From a virus (taxonomy: Duplodnaviria; Heunggongvirae; Uroviricota; Caudoviricetes): 44,246 bases of DNA. Where the stretch lies: positions 1 through 44,246 of the IMG/VR virus record IMGVR_UViG_3300045988_013393. One strand, given 5' to 3'. The notes below the pieces were generated by a model. The model ran no database searches and was not told the origin of the DNA. It saw only the letters and a list, made by a program, of their open reading frames with translations. Position numbers and translations under genes: made by a program. Below, piece by piece: positions 7,094 through 17,367 of the stretch (the stretch's first letter is position 1; every line of letters starts with the position of its first letter).

Positions 7094-7720
7094 ATGGGTA
7101 TTAAACTGAATCTGCGTAAAGTAAACACTGCATGGGTTAACGTATTTGAACGCGAAAAAGACCGTGAAAACGATGACGGCTCAATCACTAAAGGCCAGTA
7201 CAGCGCAACGATTATCATGCCGCCGGACCATGCTCAAATCGACGCGCTCTACGACACTGTTTACGCTGTAGTCGAAGAAGCATTGGGTGCCGCCGCTGCC
7301 GAAAAATGGATGAAGTCTAACTACGGCGAAGGTAAGCACATGGATAAATGTGCGATTAAAGATATTGCTGAGCGCGACAATCCGTTTGAAGACTTCCCGG
7401 AAGGCTTCTACTTCAAAGCGAAGGCTCAGAAACAGCCACTGATTGTAACCTCTAAAAAAGGTGAGACTCAGGTAGAACAGGACTTCAACGTAGACGGCGA
7501 ACAGATTGAAGGGGAACAGGTTTACAGCGGCTGCGTTGCTAACGTAAGCGTCGAAATCTGGTTCAGCCAGAAATACAAAGTCCTCGGCGTCAATCTGCTG
7601 GCGATTAAATACGTTGGTGAAGGTAAAGCGTTTGGTGGTTCTAAAGTTGCTGCGAGCGTCGATGACCTGGAAGACGACGAAGAAGACGAAGCACCGCGCC
7701 GCGAACGTCGCCGCCGCTAA
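7094..7720 (+). CDS. Putative ssDNA-binding protein (208 aa) with acidic-then-basic C-terminal tail
   Basis: Position between nuclease and DNA polymerase; C-terminus DDLEDDEEDEAPRRERRRR; assignment by context and composition only. Confidence 0.4.
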   Translation: MGIKLNLRKVNTAWVNVFEREKDRENDDGSITKGQYSATIIMPPDHAQIDALYDTVYAVVEEALGAAAAEKWMKSNYGEGKHMDKCAIKDIAERDNPFEDFPEGFYFKAKAQKQPLIVTSKKGETQVEQDFNVDGEQIEGEQVYSGCVANVSVEIWFSQKYKVLGVNLLAIKYVGEGKAFGGSKVAASVDDLEDDEEDEAPRRERRRR

Positions 7721-7740
7721 TATCTGAATCAATTTAACTA

Positions 7741-7762
7741 GGGCCCTTCATTGGGCCTTTTT
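7741..7762 (+). terminator. Intrinsic terminator (GGGCCC-ttcatt-GGGCC + TTTTT)
   Basis: GC stem followed by T5 immediately after the SSB-like gene stop. Confidence 0.6.
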
Positions 7763-7781
7763 ACTAAGGGTCGAAAATAAT

Positions 7782-9980
7782 ATGCCTAATCTATTGTATC
7801 TGGATACTGAGACATTCTCTGAAGCGGACTTAAAGAAAGTCGGATCGTATGCGTACGCGGAGCATCCGACAACCGAGATTATAATTTGTACATATGCCAT
7901 TGATGATGGGCCCGTAGAAGTATGGGATTGCACTTCCGAACCGGTAATGCCAATAAGCCTCCGCATTGCGCTGCGCAATGTTATGCGCGGACGTATGAGA
8001 ATTGTAGGTCATAACTTTTTAATGTTCGACAGGCTTGTTATGAAGCACTGCTGGGGCGTTGATATCAAGCCAAGAAACACCATTGACACGATGATTAGAG
8101 CGTTTCGTCACGCGTTGCCGGGTTCACTTGACGCATTGTGCGAAGTGCTGGGCGTATCTGCGGACAACGCGAAAGACAAACGCGGTAAAGCACTGATTCA
8201 GCGTTTTTCTAAACCGACGCCGAAGAACTACAAAATCCGCCGTTACACCGCCGAAACTCACCCAGATGAGTGGGCGCTGTTCATCAAGTACGCCGTGAGC
8301 GACATCACTGCGATGCGTGAAGTCTTCCATAAGCTGCCGCGTTGGGGTAACTCCGAGTTCGAAGACCGTGTACTGGAACTTGACCAGTTAATCAACGACC
8401 GCGGGTTTAAGGTTGATGTGGCGCTGGCGGAAGCTGCGATTGAGGCCGTAGAGAAACACAAGGCGCAGTTGCAGGAAGAAGCCCAACGCAAATACGGCGG
8501 CTCGCTAACTGGCAAAGACTTTCTACCTATTCTGCGGGAACTGGCCCCCGCGCACCGTATTCATAACGCGCAGAAGTCGACACTCAATGACCTGCTGGCG
8601 GATGATGATTTGCCAGATGACGCCCGCACGATTATCGAAATGCGCCTCGGGGCCGCGTCTACAGCATCGACGAAATATAACCCGCTGCTGCTGGGTCGCT
8701 CGTCGGACGACCGTCGTCGCGGTTGCTTGCAGTACGGCGGGGCAAAACGCACTTTGCGATGGGCGGGTAAAGGCTTCCAGCCGCAGAACCTGGCGCGCGG
8801 GTACTATCACGATGATGAACTGGATAAAGGCATTTCAGCGTTACTTAAGGGCCGTGCGCATCGCCGTTTTGATGTGGCCAAGCTAACGGCATCTACGGTT
8901 CGTAGCTGCATTATCCCGGAAGCCGGGCATAAGTTTGTCGTCGCCGATTACTCTAACGTTGAGGGTCGTGGGCTTGCGTGGCTGGCGGGCGAAGAAACCG
9001 CGCTCGATACGTTCCGCGCCGGACTGGATATTTACTGCGTAACCGCGGGCAAGATGTTTGGTATGGACCCTGATGACATTAAGAAAAACTTCAAGGAAAT
9101 CAGACAGATAGGCAAAGCATGCGAACTGGGTCTCGGCTACGAGGGCGGCGTCGGAGCGTTCGTTACGTTCGCCAAAAACTTAGGCCTCGACCTTATTGAG
9201 ATGGCAAAAACAATGGACGGGACTTTCCCCGACCACATCTGGGCTGCTACCGCACGTGGGTATGAGTGGGCGCGTATTCAGGAAGCCAAGCGACCACCGC
9301 ATCCCGGTGAAAAGGATGACCGACCATCATATATTCTGGACAAGAAAGTGTGGCGCACATGTGATGCAATCAAGCGTATGTGGCGCGAGTCACACCCGGA
9401 AACAGTAGCGTTCTGGCGCGACCTTAAAGATGGAATTTTAGCCGCTGTTCGTAATCCTGGTCGTGAATTTTGGGCCGGGGCACACTTGCGCCGGAATGGT
9501 GAAAGGGCTATCCGCATATGGCGTACCGTAGAATTTGATTCGTCGGGCAGGAAGGTTCCTGGCTGGTGGTTGTGTATGGAGTTGCCGTCAGGCCGTATCC
9601 TCTCGTATCCGGGAATCGGCGTTAGTGTGACAAAGGAAACAGACGAAGACGGACGGGTAAACACGAATGTGCGAATCAAGTATCAGGGTGAAAACCAGTT
9701 AACCCGCCAATGGACTACCCTGTACACCCACGGCGGCAAAGCCTGCGAAAACATTGTTCAGGCGCTGTGCCGTGATTTACTCGCATATGCGATGATTAAT
9801 GTTGAGGGTGGCGGGTATCCCATCGTGCTTTCGGTACACGATGAACTGGTGTGTGAAACTCCGGATACCCCAGAGTACACGGTGGCCGAACTGGAAAAAT
9901 TAATGTGTTCTCTGCCTGAGTGGGCAGAAGGCTTCCCTCTTGTCGCGGAAGGTGCGGAGATGAAGCGCTATGCTAAGTAA
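7782..9980 (+). CDS. DNA polymerase, family A, with 3'-5' exonuclease domain
   Basis: Exo I motif LYLDTETFS; polymerase motif A VVADYSNVEGR; motif C LSVHDELV. Confidence 0.85.
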   Translation: MPNLLYLDTETFSEADLKKVGSYAYAEHPTTEIIICTYAIDDGPVEVWDCTSEPVMPISLRIALRNVMRGRMRIVGHNFLMFDRLVMKHCWGVDIKPRNTIDTMIRAFRHALPGSLDALCEVLGVSADNAKDKRGKALIQRFSKPTPKNYKIRRYTAETHPDEWALFIKYAVSDITAMREVFHKLPRWGNSEFEDRVLELDQLINDRGFKVDVALAEAAIEAVEKHKAQLQEEAQRKYGGSLTGKDFLPILRELAPAHRIHNAQKSTLNDLLADDDLPDDARTIIEMRLGAASTASTKYNPLLLGRSSDDRRRGCLQYGGAKRTLRWAGKGFQPQNLARGYYHDDELDKGISALLKGRAHRRFDVAKLTASTVRSCIIPEAGHKFVVADYSNVEGRGLAWLAGEETALDTFRAGLDIYCVTAGKMFGMDPDDIKKNFKEIRQIGKACELGLGYEGGVGAFVTFAKNLGLDLIEMAKTMDGTFPDHIWAATARGYEWARIQEAKRPPHPGEKDDRPSYILDKKVWRTCDAIKRMWRESHPETVAFWRDLKDGILAAVRNPGREFWAGAHLRRNGERAIRIWRTVEFDSSGRKVPGWWLCMELPSGRILSYPGIGVSVTKETDEDGRVNTNVRIKYQGENQLTRQWTTLYTHGGKACENIVQALCRDLLAYAMINVEGGGYPIVLSVHDELVCETPDTPEYTVAELEKLMCSLPEWAEGFPLVAEGAEMKRYAK

Positions 9981-10101
9981 ACTGATTATCGCGGTACTGG
10001 CGGGATTTGCCGCCGGTGTCTACTGTCACGAGGGCCAATACGGCATGATTGTCGCCGTATTATGCATGTTTATCGCAATTTATCTGTGGGTGCTGGAATG
10101 A
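9970..10101 (+). CDS. Small hydrophobic membrane peptide (43 aa)
   Basis: ATG overlapping the polymerase stop; MLSKLIIAVLAGFAAGVY...IAIYLWVLE; below the ORF-track size cutoff. Confidence 0.3.
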   Translation: MLSKLIIAVLAGFAAGVYCHEGQYGMIVAVLCMFIAIYLWVLE

Positions 10102-10187
10102 AAATTTACTGGTTATACGAAGAAGACTGTCGAATCTGTCCGCGTTGCGGGATTGAGCATACGAAACGTGAGGGGTGTGTATTATGA
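10098..10187 (+). CDS. Tiny Cys-rich ORF (29 aa, CxxCxRC, zinc-ribbon-like)
   Basis: ATGA-coupled on both sides; MKIYWLYEEDCRICPRCGIEHTKREGCVL. Confidence 0.25.
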   Translation: MKIYWLYEEDCRICPRCGIEHTKREGCVL

Positions 10188-10378
10188 GTAACAAACCATT
10201 TAGTAAGAAACTAGCCGCGTTAGTGGATATGCCGGAATGGGAATTTATCATGGTAATGGGAGATGGGTTCTTTAGTGACGTTTGTGCCGGGTGTACGCAC
10301 AAAGGCGTTTACTATTCGGAACACGACATCTATCAAGCGTACTTCCTGCGTAACCCAGATGCGGAGCCGTTGTTATGA
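10184..10378 (+). CDS. Hypothetical protein (64 aa)
   Basis: ATG 10184 overlapping the upstream stop; ORF track 10175..10378. Confidence 0.4.
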   Translation: MSNKPFSKKLAALVDMPEWEFIMVMGDGFFSDVCAGCTHKGVYYSEHDIYQAYFLRNPDAEPLL

Positions 10379-10527
10379 CGATGTTTGTATTTTGGTCGAT
10401 AGTAACCATGCTCGCGCTGTTACTCAGTGCGGGAATAGCTTCGATGTTCTATTATGGCCTGTTCTTTAAGTTTGTTGGTGTTGCCGTTCTCGGCGGGGCT
10501 TTCATCACCTGGATTCTGCGCTCATGA
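10375..10527 (+). CDS. Small membrane protein (50 aa)
   Basis: ATGA-coupled; two hydrophobic segments. Confidence 0.3.
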   Translation: MTMFVFWSIVTMLALLLSAGIASMFYYGLFFKFVGVAVLGGAFITWILRS

Positions 10528-10808
10528 CCCCGGAGGGCAAGATTCAGAAATACGCAAAAGAGCGATTCGAGGCCCTGGGGGGCCTCGTACGCAAATTGTC
10601 GTACGAAAATAGAGTGGGCGCTCCTGACCTGCTGGTAATTCTCCCCGGCGGCATCGTATGGTTCGTCGAGGTTAAGAAAGACGAAAATACGAAGCCTGAC
10701 CTGCACCAGTTACGAGAGCACGAGCGGATGCGTAAACGTGGTGCAAATATTTTTGTCGTCGGGTCGTTCAAACAGGTTGACGACCTAATAGCGAACTATT
10801 ATAGTTAG
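10524..10808 (+). CDS. VRR-NUC domain nuclease (PD-(D/E)XK)
   Basis: GAPDLLVILPGGIVWFVEVKK matches the VRR-NUC signature; sits upstream of an SNF2 helicase, a common phage pairing. Confidence 0.65.
   Translation: MTPEGKIQKYAKERFEALGGLVRKLSYENRVGAPDLLVILPGGIVWFVEVKKDENTKPDLHQLREHERMRKRGANIFVVGSFKQVDDLIANYYS
10777..10805 (+). promoter_or_regulatory. Class A promoter (TTGACG-N17-TATAGT) with perfect TAATAG-cgaa-CTATTA palindrome
   Basis: Lies inside the 3' end of the VRR-NUC gene, upstream of gene 10839. Confidence 0.5.
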
Positions 10809-10838
10809 TCCTACACCAACAATATAAGGAATTTAGAA

Positions 10839-11033
10839 ATGAAACATGAATACGACCGCAAACCAGCACGTGACATCGTACCGGGCGACATGATTTTCAA
10901 CGTTAAGACCCGTCGTCCTGTTGCCGTTGATACAGTGTTCGTCGAGTCGAACGGTAAACTGGTCATCGAAGATGTAACCGGTAACGTTACGGCGTTTGGG
11001 CGGAAGGAATTGGTACTCTACGTTAAGGGTTGA
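10839..11033 (+). CDS. Hypothetical small protein (64 aa)
   Basis: ORF with RBS AAGGAA; DIVPGDMIF motif resembles small ORF 40137-40301 (DLVPGDVLF). Confidence 0.45.
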   Translation: MKHEYDRKPARDIVPGDMIFNVKTRRPVAVDTVFVESNGKLVIEDVTGNVTAFGRKELVLYVKG

Positions 11034-12460
11034 TTATGTCTAAATTTATCCGTCGAGAGTACCAGAAGCTCATGACTTCGTTCATGCTGCAACACCCGCG
11101 CTGTAATATTTGGGCCTCGATGGGCGCGGGCAAAAGTTCCGCAACGATGTGGGTTCTAAACCGCCTGTTCCGCAACGGGCAGCTTACGGAAGAGGACCGC
11201 GTGTTAATCCTCGCCCCGTTACGTGTTGCATCCGGTACGTGGCCCGCAGAACAAACTAAGTGGGGTTTCCCTTGTCTGAGTGTCGTCGATGCGACCGGTA
11301 GCGAGAGGCGCCGCATCGCGGCGCTGGAGTCGGACGCTAACGTGGTATGCACCAACTACGAAGTTATCGAGTGGCTGATTGACTACTACGGCAAAGACGA
11401 CTGGCCTTTTACGGTTATCGTTGCCGATGAGAGCACGAAACTGAAATCATTCCGCAGTCGTTCAGGCGGCAGCAAGCGGGCAAAGGCGCTTAGCAAGGTT
11501 GCGTTCGGTAAGGTCAAGCGTTTTATAAACCTGACGGGAACGCCATCACCTAACGGCCTCAAAGACTTGTGGGGCCAGAACTGGTTTATCGACGCTGGCG
11601 AGCGCCTCGGCTCATCGTACACGGCATTCACCGACCGCTGGTTCAACTCGGTACAGAAAGGCAAATCGGCTATGGCGCGCGAATACCACGCTCGCCCTGG
11701 TGCGGATAATGAAATTCACCAGAAGATGAAAGACATCAGCCTGACGATTGACGCCGCCGAGTGGTTTGGTTGCGAAGCGCCGATTATTGTACCGGTTGAA
11801 ATTGACCTGCCGAAGAAAGCACGTCAGGCGTACATCGATATGGAGGAAAAGTTATTCGCGGAACTGGAGAGCGGAGAAGTTGAAGCGGCTAACGCGGCTG
11901 CGAAGACATCTAAGTGTTTGCAGATTGCGTCCGGTGCCGTGTATGTATCAGGGCCAGATGGCGAAGCAACGAAAGACTGGGAGAAAGTGCATGACACGAA
12001 GCTGGACGCGCTGGAGTCCATTGTTGAAGAGTTGCAGGGTGCGCCGTTACTGGTGGCCTATCAGTTCAAGCATGAACTGGAGCGCATCCTTAAGAGATTC
12101 CCACAAGCCCAGGCGTTTGCCAAAGGGGCCAAGGGTAATAAGCAGATGGAAGCGTGGAACCGCGGTGAAATCGAGATTTTGTGCGTGCATCCCGCATCAG
12201 CCGGCCATGGTTTGAATTTACAGGACGGCGGCCATCATCTGGCGTTCATCTCGCAAGGCTGGAACCTTGAGCACTATTTGCAGGTCGTGGAGCGTATAGG
12301 TCCGGTCCGCCAGAAACAGGCAGGCCACGAACGACCGGTGTTCCTTTATCACATCGTTGCTAAAGACACGCTGGACGAGGTTGTTGCCGCGCGTACCGAC
12401 GAGAAGAAAACGGTGCAGGAAGAGTTGCTTAATTACATGAAGAGACGAGGTAAGAAATGA
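11030..12460 (+). CDS. SNF2/DEAD-like superfamily 2 helicase
   Basis: Walker A MGAGKSS, DExx box VADEST, C-terminal helicase domain. Confidence 0.7.
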   Translation: MIMSKFIRREYQKLMTSFMLQHPRCNIWASMGAGKSSATMWVLNRLFRNGQLTEEDRVLILAPLRVASGTWPAEQTKWGFPCLSVVDATGSERRRIAALESDANVVCTNYEVIEWLIDYYGKDDWPFTVIVADESTKLKSFRSRSGGSKRAKALSKVAFGKVKRFINLTGTPSPNGLKDLWGQNWFIDAGERLGSSYTAFTDRWFNSVQKGKSAMAREYHARPGADNEIHQKMKDISLTIDAAEWFGCEAPIIVPVEIDLPKKARQAYIDMEEKLFAELESGEVEAANAAAKTSKCLQIASGAVYVSGPDGEATKDWEKVHDTKLDALESIVEELQGAPLLVAYQFKHELERILKRFPQAQAFAKGAKGNKQMEAWNRGEIEILCVHPASAGHGLNLQDGGHHLAFISQGWNLEHYLQVVERIGPVRQKQAGHERPVFLYHIVAKDTLDEVVAARTDEKKTVQEELLNYMKRRGKK

Positions 12461-12642
12461 AGCTTAATGTTGGAGACGAAATATACAGCGTACATTCATT
12501 CAATACTTTCACAATCGAGTACATATCAAAAGACGGCAACAGCTTTGTTTTGGTAAGCTCAGACGGTAAGTACGAAAATTCACGATGCTACACACTGCCG
12601 GATATAAAGCGCAGTTTCAAGAAAAGCGAAGGTAAGAAATGA
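12457..12642 (+). CDS. Hypothetical small protein (61 aa)
   Basis: ORF, ATGA-coupled. Confidence 0.4.
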   Translation: MKLNVGDEIYSVHSFNTFTIEYISKDGNSFVLVSSDGKYENSRCYTLPDIKRSFKKSEGKK

Positions 12643-12776
12643 ACGTCATAGCCCCGATCCCCGCATTGCAAAAACGTATCAAGGAACTCGAAGAAGAGGT
12701 TCTACGACTACGACAGCAAAGAGACGCCGCTAATGCGCAACTGGCGTTTGTACTGGAGAAGTTATCCGAAGATTAG
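12639..12776 (+). CDS. Small coiled-coil protein (45 aa)
   Basis: ATG overlapping the upstream stop; IKELEEEVLRLRQQRDAANAQL heptad-like; below ORF-track cutoff. Confidence 0.3.
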   Translation: MNVIAPIPALQKRIKELEEEVLRLRQQRDAANAQLAFVLEKLSED

Positions 12777-12780
12777 AGAA

Positions 12781-12807
12781 AAGGCCCCGATTGGGGCCTT
12801 AGTTTTA
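12781..12807. terminator. Bidirectional intrinsic terminator (AAGGCCCC-gatt-GGGGCCTT)
   Basis: Between convergent early plus operon and minus-strand tailspike gene; same stem reused at 25211, 33063 and 35545. Confidence 0.65.
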
Positions 12808-14799
12808 TCCTAGTTTTGTATACGTCCAGTTAAATGTCGTCGTGCCCTGACTTGTTATCGCTACATCCCTTCCTGATGCAGAAAACGTTATGAATGCCCC
12901 CACTTTTAATGGCGTTAGAGTTAACGCACCATCATACATCGCTAGTTGGGTAGAAGAGTAGTTGGTTCCGCTATCCGAAGCCCATACACTAATGAGATAC
13001 ATCCCCTGCATATTTGGCAATGTAAACAATGTTGTTTGCGTACTGGCATTTACTAATTGCGTTCCTTTTGCGGTGTAGAAACCGGGGGTCTGTAGACCAG
13101 CGGATGATACTTGTTGGGTGTACCCACCAGATACAAGACCAGATATCGGGGTGCAGAACCAGTTAACATTACCCTGACTAACTACTGATATAACGGGGGT
13201 GCCACCTGCAGGCGCGCGCCAGCGTCCGCTGTACACGTCAATTCGGGATGTTGCGTCCTTAGCGTATAACGTAACAGGGTATCCAGTTCCGATGTAAGTG
13301 ATTGCGTTCTCCGACAAGTCATCCTCAGAAGAGTCGATTATAACCTGACTTGTTCCGGATGCCTTTATGAAAGAAACGACACCACTTGCCGCGGGGGCTA
13401 CAGTTTTCATCTGGTTTTGATGAGCTGTTAAGCCAGATATTTTGCCATTAGTGTTCTCAAAATGGATAAGAGAACAATCGGAGCCGCCGTCTGTAGAAAT
13501 GATATTTCCTTCAGCATCAAATCCCATGATGTTAACCGAGTGCGAGTTAACGAAATGCAAACCGGCACTCCCGTAAGACCCTCCGGATACGCCTATCGCT
13601 GATTGGTCCATAGCGCAGTTGAGCATAGTTACAGACATGACGGCACCAAATTGATAAGGCGAGACGCATCCGGATGCGTAGCAAGTCTCCATCAAAATTG
13701 TTGTTCCTAGTGTTTTAATAAAGCCATCATGACAATTTCGCGCCCATACGTTTTGTAACTTAGTAAGGTAAGTTCCGGTGGTGTCGGAGAAACAGCGCCA
13801 TGCACCATGTACTGTGCAGTTTTTAATCTCAGACATTTCAAGACCAGTAGTACCGGCTTCAGTGGAGTAGAAATTAAATGCTATCTTCCCACTATTTCCG
13901 GTCGTGACGGTTGGCGTATCCCCCGGATTGTAGAATATATACAGTCCGTCGATGAACAGTTGAATCATTTTCGTCCCACCGGAAGAGCTGCCCTGAGCGA
14001 GCGCGAAAAGGGATATATCTCCGTCAACGGATATAAACGACTGGGCACGGTTGATGCCGTCGGTGTTCTCGCCGACGATTCTGACGCTATTATTGAAATA
14101 GATGGTGGAGTTAACGAAGCCCGTTCCTTTTGGGATTAGCACTGTCTTTTTGGAGTTGCATGCGGCCTGTATGGCAGCGTAATCAGTCGACTGGGTAAGA
14201 CTCGTAACAAAGGGGTATACCATCTGGGCTGCTGTAAGAGTAGAGAATTTCTCGCTTAGTGGGTGGATGTCACCATCCCATGTAGCGCCGAAGTCATAAA
14301 TACTTACAGCATCACTTACCTTGCTATGTAGGGTTCTCCCAACGGCTCCGGCCAGTACAGATTTAACCCCGACCATGGCGTCGCCTAGTTGCACATCGTC
14401 CGTGTTTGCTAAATCATCGCGTAGATATGGGTCGGTCTGCGGCTTCCAGTTAGCGTTACCGACCGGGTTAAACGATGCAGGGACAACAACCGGAAGCGTA
14501 CCCGCGTATGAGTACCACGTTTTACTCACCGGGTCATAAACAATTTTGTCACGGTCATTAACAGTTAGCGTGCCGCCGGTAGAAAAGTCCCACGATACGG
14601 GAGAAAAACCAGCGTCACGCAGTACCGCCGGGAGGGTCTTCTGCGTCTGGCCTGTAACAGCATTGGTCGCGTAATCAATATCTGCACCACCAGCAACCCC
14701 GCCTGCTTTACCGGTGATAACCTCGATTTCGAAAATCTGGTGTTTACGTGCGATTTGCATCGACTCCAGACTTACAACATCACCACATCCGCTTGACAT
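12805..14799 (-). CDS. Tailspike / tail fibre receptor-binding protein (664 aa)
   Basis: Last gene of tail module; GAGGA RBS; Gly/Ser/Thr/Asn-rich central region typical of beta-helix tailspikes. Confidence 0.6.
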   Translation of the reverse strand: MSSGCGDVVSLESMQIARKHQIFEIEVITGKAGGVAGGADIDYATNAVTGQTQKTLPAVLRDAGFSPVSWDFSTGGTLTVNDRDKIVYDPVSKTWYSYAGTLPVVVPASFNPVGNANWKPQTDPYLRDDLANTDDVQLGDAMVGVKSVLAGAVGRTLHSKVSDAVSIYDFGATWDGDIHPLSEKFSTLTAAQMVYPFVTSLTQSTDYAAIQAACNSKKTVLIPKGTGFVNSTIYFNNSVRIVGENTDGINRAQSFISVDGDISLFALAQGSSSGGTKMIQLFIDGLYIFYNPGDTPTVTTGNSGKIAFNFYSTEAGTTGLEMSEIKNCTVHGAWRCFSDTTGTYLTKLQNVWARNCHDGFIKTLGTTILMETCYASGCVSPYQFGAVMSVTMLNCAMDQSAIGVSGGSYGSAGLHFVNSHSVNIMGFDAEGNIISTDGGSDCSLIHFENTNGKISGLTAHQNQMKTVAPAASGVVSFIKASGTSQVIIDSSEDDLSENAITYIGTGYPVTLYAKDATSRIDVYSGRWRAPAGGTPVISVVSQGNVNWFCTPISGLVSGGYTQQVSSAGLQTPGFYTAKGTQLVNASTQTTLFTLPNMQGMYLISVWASDSGTNYSSTQLAMYDGALTLTPLKVGAFITFSASGRDVAITSQGTTTFNWTYTKLG

Positions 14800-14811
14800 A
14801 TAGAGTCCTCT

Positions 14812-17367
14812 TTAACTAAAACCGTTGCTGAATCCGTCGGAGAAACCGCGACCGAAAGGCGCGACGCCGTCGTATTTATAGAAATCTGCTTCATAGTTAA
14901 TCCCGGTAATCTTAACCGTTCTGTCGTCTCCGGGGTCAACTGTAGAAACAAGAATCATCTGAGCATTATGCCTTGCTTCGTTACCGAATGAAAACTCAGT
15001 TTTTAGTGCGCTATTCCCTGTGTATATCGCCTCTTGAGGCGCAGAGAGCATAACCACTTCACGGTCGTGGCTTCCAGGCACAACAGCAACACTTTGAACT
15101 CCGCCGTCTCTCTTCTTAAGAATCAGTGAGTGGTCATCCCCCGGAGTAAACGTAACCGGCTGAGAAAGAGTAAGGGTAAGCCCATTAACGGCAACGACAT
15201 AACCATCTTGAGGTGCTACTCGCGAGCCTTTAACTACGCTTATTGCCCGTCCTGGAAGCACAAAAACCCCTTCTTCTGTCGCCGTGAATGATACCGTCAC
15301 CTTCTTCAACAGGTTCTTCTGGTACCGACGGTACGCCGCCCAGTACGCCTGACGATAATTACGTATACCTTTAGAGTCATACGTTTCTGTGTTAACACCG
15401 CCCTCGGCGGGAATGCTGATGGTCTCTTTTACGTTAGTATCTGGGTCGATGTAGGAGAACTTAAGACTATCGTATACCTGAGCGTCGTTGAATGTGCGCG
15501 TCCACTTTTCCGAAGCTGTTGTCTTACTTCGATGTGTGAATACCATTTCCGGCCCCATACGCGGGCGCTCGAAATCCAGTAATATGTCTTGCCCTTTACG
15601 ATATGGAGTGCAGAAAATAGCATCGGCTATTGTGCTGATGATATCCTGCATGGTCATTTTATAGTCGTCAAAAGTGTAGCAGAATTGACCCGCCTCCACG
15701 TTACCGAAATAATTCTCAATCTCGGTCTGAGTCGCTAACAACTTGTCCATATTGGATGTTGTTAGGTTGAGATTACCTACTACCGGGTCACGGGCGAGAC
15801 GTATTAATGATTGAATGGCCTGAGTATTCGGTGTCATTACGGTGTCGAATACACCATTACCGAGGTATTTGTACACCATCTCTGTGGCGACCATACGTAA
15901 CTGTGGTTGCTTAATCTCTGCGGCCCGCGGCGTCTGCTTACGTGCCGAGTGTACGGTAGTACGATTGCCGTAATGTGGCGTAGTGTCACGGACCTGACCG
16001 TAAAGGTTGATATAGGAAACCTCGTCTACCACGGTGCCCTCGAAATCAAGGTCCAGGTTGGTAACACGACGGGCACGTACCCTAACTTTCGACCTCATGG
16101 GCAAGTCGGCGTAAATAGTAACTCCGGTGTAGTCGGCGGACCGACCAGATATAACGGCCTGTTTTGAATAGATACTCCCGTATGGGGCACCGGTTTCATC
16201 GAGTAGTTGGTATTGGAGTTCAATAGTTACCGACGTACGCAATTTACTGCCGTTGTCTTTATACATACCGTTAGCGGCAGCGATGTTGACTACTACGCGT
16301 TCAACTTCCAGGCGGTTTAAGGTGGTCCAGTCGGTTAATGTTCTTTCATACGTATCCACGGGGCCTACCCACGTGTCACTTCTCTGGGAAAGTGAATAGG
16401 TGGTTGAGCCTAAAGCAGCCCAATTAGACGCGCCGCCGGTGTCGACCCGCAGCTCGAAGTTATCGACATAAAGAACACGAAAGTTGCCGTTGGTATTTGT
16501 TACGTCCGGAACGTCAAAGTTATTGAACGACGCGGTGTCACCAACAGATAATATTTCCGCGAAGCCAGAATCCCCCGTGTCGTCATACAGGTATCCAATT
16601 TTTGTAGCAGAGTCATATCTCACGCGGCCCGTGTCGCTTGGGTTGACCCGAATATCGTTCTGGGCTTTAAGAACGGCTCCATCTACTTCATTAGACGCGA
16701 TAGTTATATAAAGATTCTGATTGATAGGTTCCCCCACCAGAAGCTGCGGGGTATTTGTATTGTTGGGGGATGTAAACGGCGCGTACACCGCGACAGAGGT
16801 CCCCGTAATCTCCTGTACCTTAGTATCGCCGTCGGTAATATCTTCGGCCCTGATGTCCAGATACCCACGACCGGCATCGTAGTATCCGTATTCAATAATG
16901 CGACCAGATTCATCGAATATTTTATAGGTAGTCATGAGGTCATTAGGGATAGTCTGGACTCTGCCGCAAATATCATACGACCGTTCATATGGACGGGGTT
17001 TATTGTTTCGGTCCGTCAGGCTGTTGTTGGGGGACTCAGCCTGCTGGTTCGCTAAACTCGTTTTAGGCGTTTTCTGCGACGGAGAAATCAACTTGGTAAC
17101 AAATTTAAGCACACCCAAAGGGTCCAGGAGTTTACCCAGAAAACCGCCACCGCCACCAGCGCCTTCGATAATATGGAAAACATCGTCTTCTTTCAGCGCT
17201 TCGAAATCTTCAGTTACTTCCGTGTCCTCGCCGATCTCGCCACGGTAAATACGTACAGGCACCCCGTCGGGGATGTTAGCGACGACGTATTCCATCGGCG
17301 GTACGTTGTGCCGTTCGCGGTCGAAAGTACCGTCTTCGTTACGGGTGTAATGTAATGTCAGCGCCAA
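14812..17367 (-). CDS. Tail tip / central fibre protein (lambda gpJ-like; start uncertain, TTG at 17367 with GGAGA RBS)
   Basis: Large protein following gpK/gpL-like genes in lambda order; ORF track 14812..17442. Confidence 0.6.
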   Translation of the reverse strand: MALTLHYTRNEDGTFDRERHNVPPMEYVVANIPDGVPVRIYRGEIGEDTEVTEDFEALKEDDVFHIIEGAGGGGGFLGKLLDPLGVLKFVTKLISPSQKTPKTSLANQQAESPNNSLTDRNNKPRPYERSYDICGRVQTIPNDLMTTYKIFDESGRIIEYGYYDAGRGYLDIRAEDITDGDTKVQEITGTSVAVYAPFTSPNNTNTPQLLVGEPINQNLYITIASNEVDGAVLKAQNDIRVNPSDTGRVRYDSATKIGYLYDDTGDSGFAEILSVGDTASFNNFDVPDVTNTNGNFRVLYVDNFELRVDTGGASNWAALGSTTYSLSQRSDTWVGPVDTYERTLTDWTTLNRLEVERVVVNIAAANGMYKDNGSKLRTSVTIELQYQLLDETGAPYGSIYSKQAVISGRSADYTGVTIYADLPMRSKVRVRARRVTNLDLDFEGTVVDEVSYINLYGQVRDTTPHYGNRTTVHSARKQTPRAAEIKQPQLRMVATEMVYKYLGNGVFDTVMTPNTQAIQSLIRLARDPVVGNLNLTTSNMDKLLATQTEIENYFGNVEAGQFCYTFDDYKMTMQDIISTIADAIFCTPYRKGQDILLDFERPRMGPEMVFTHRSKTTASEKWTRTFNDAQVYDSLKFSYIDPDTNVKETISIPAEGGVNTETYDSKGIRNYRQAYWAAYRRYQKNLLKKVTVSFTATEEGVFVLPGRAISVVKGSRVAPQDGYVVAVNGLTLTLSQPVTFTPGDDHSLILKKRDGGVQSVAVVPGSHDREVVMLSAPQEAIYTGNSALKTEFSFGNEARHNAQMILVSTVDPGDDRTVKITGINYEADFYKYDGVAPFGRGFSDGFSNGFS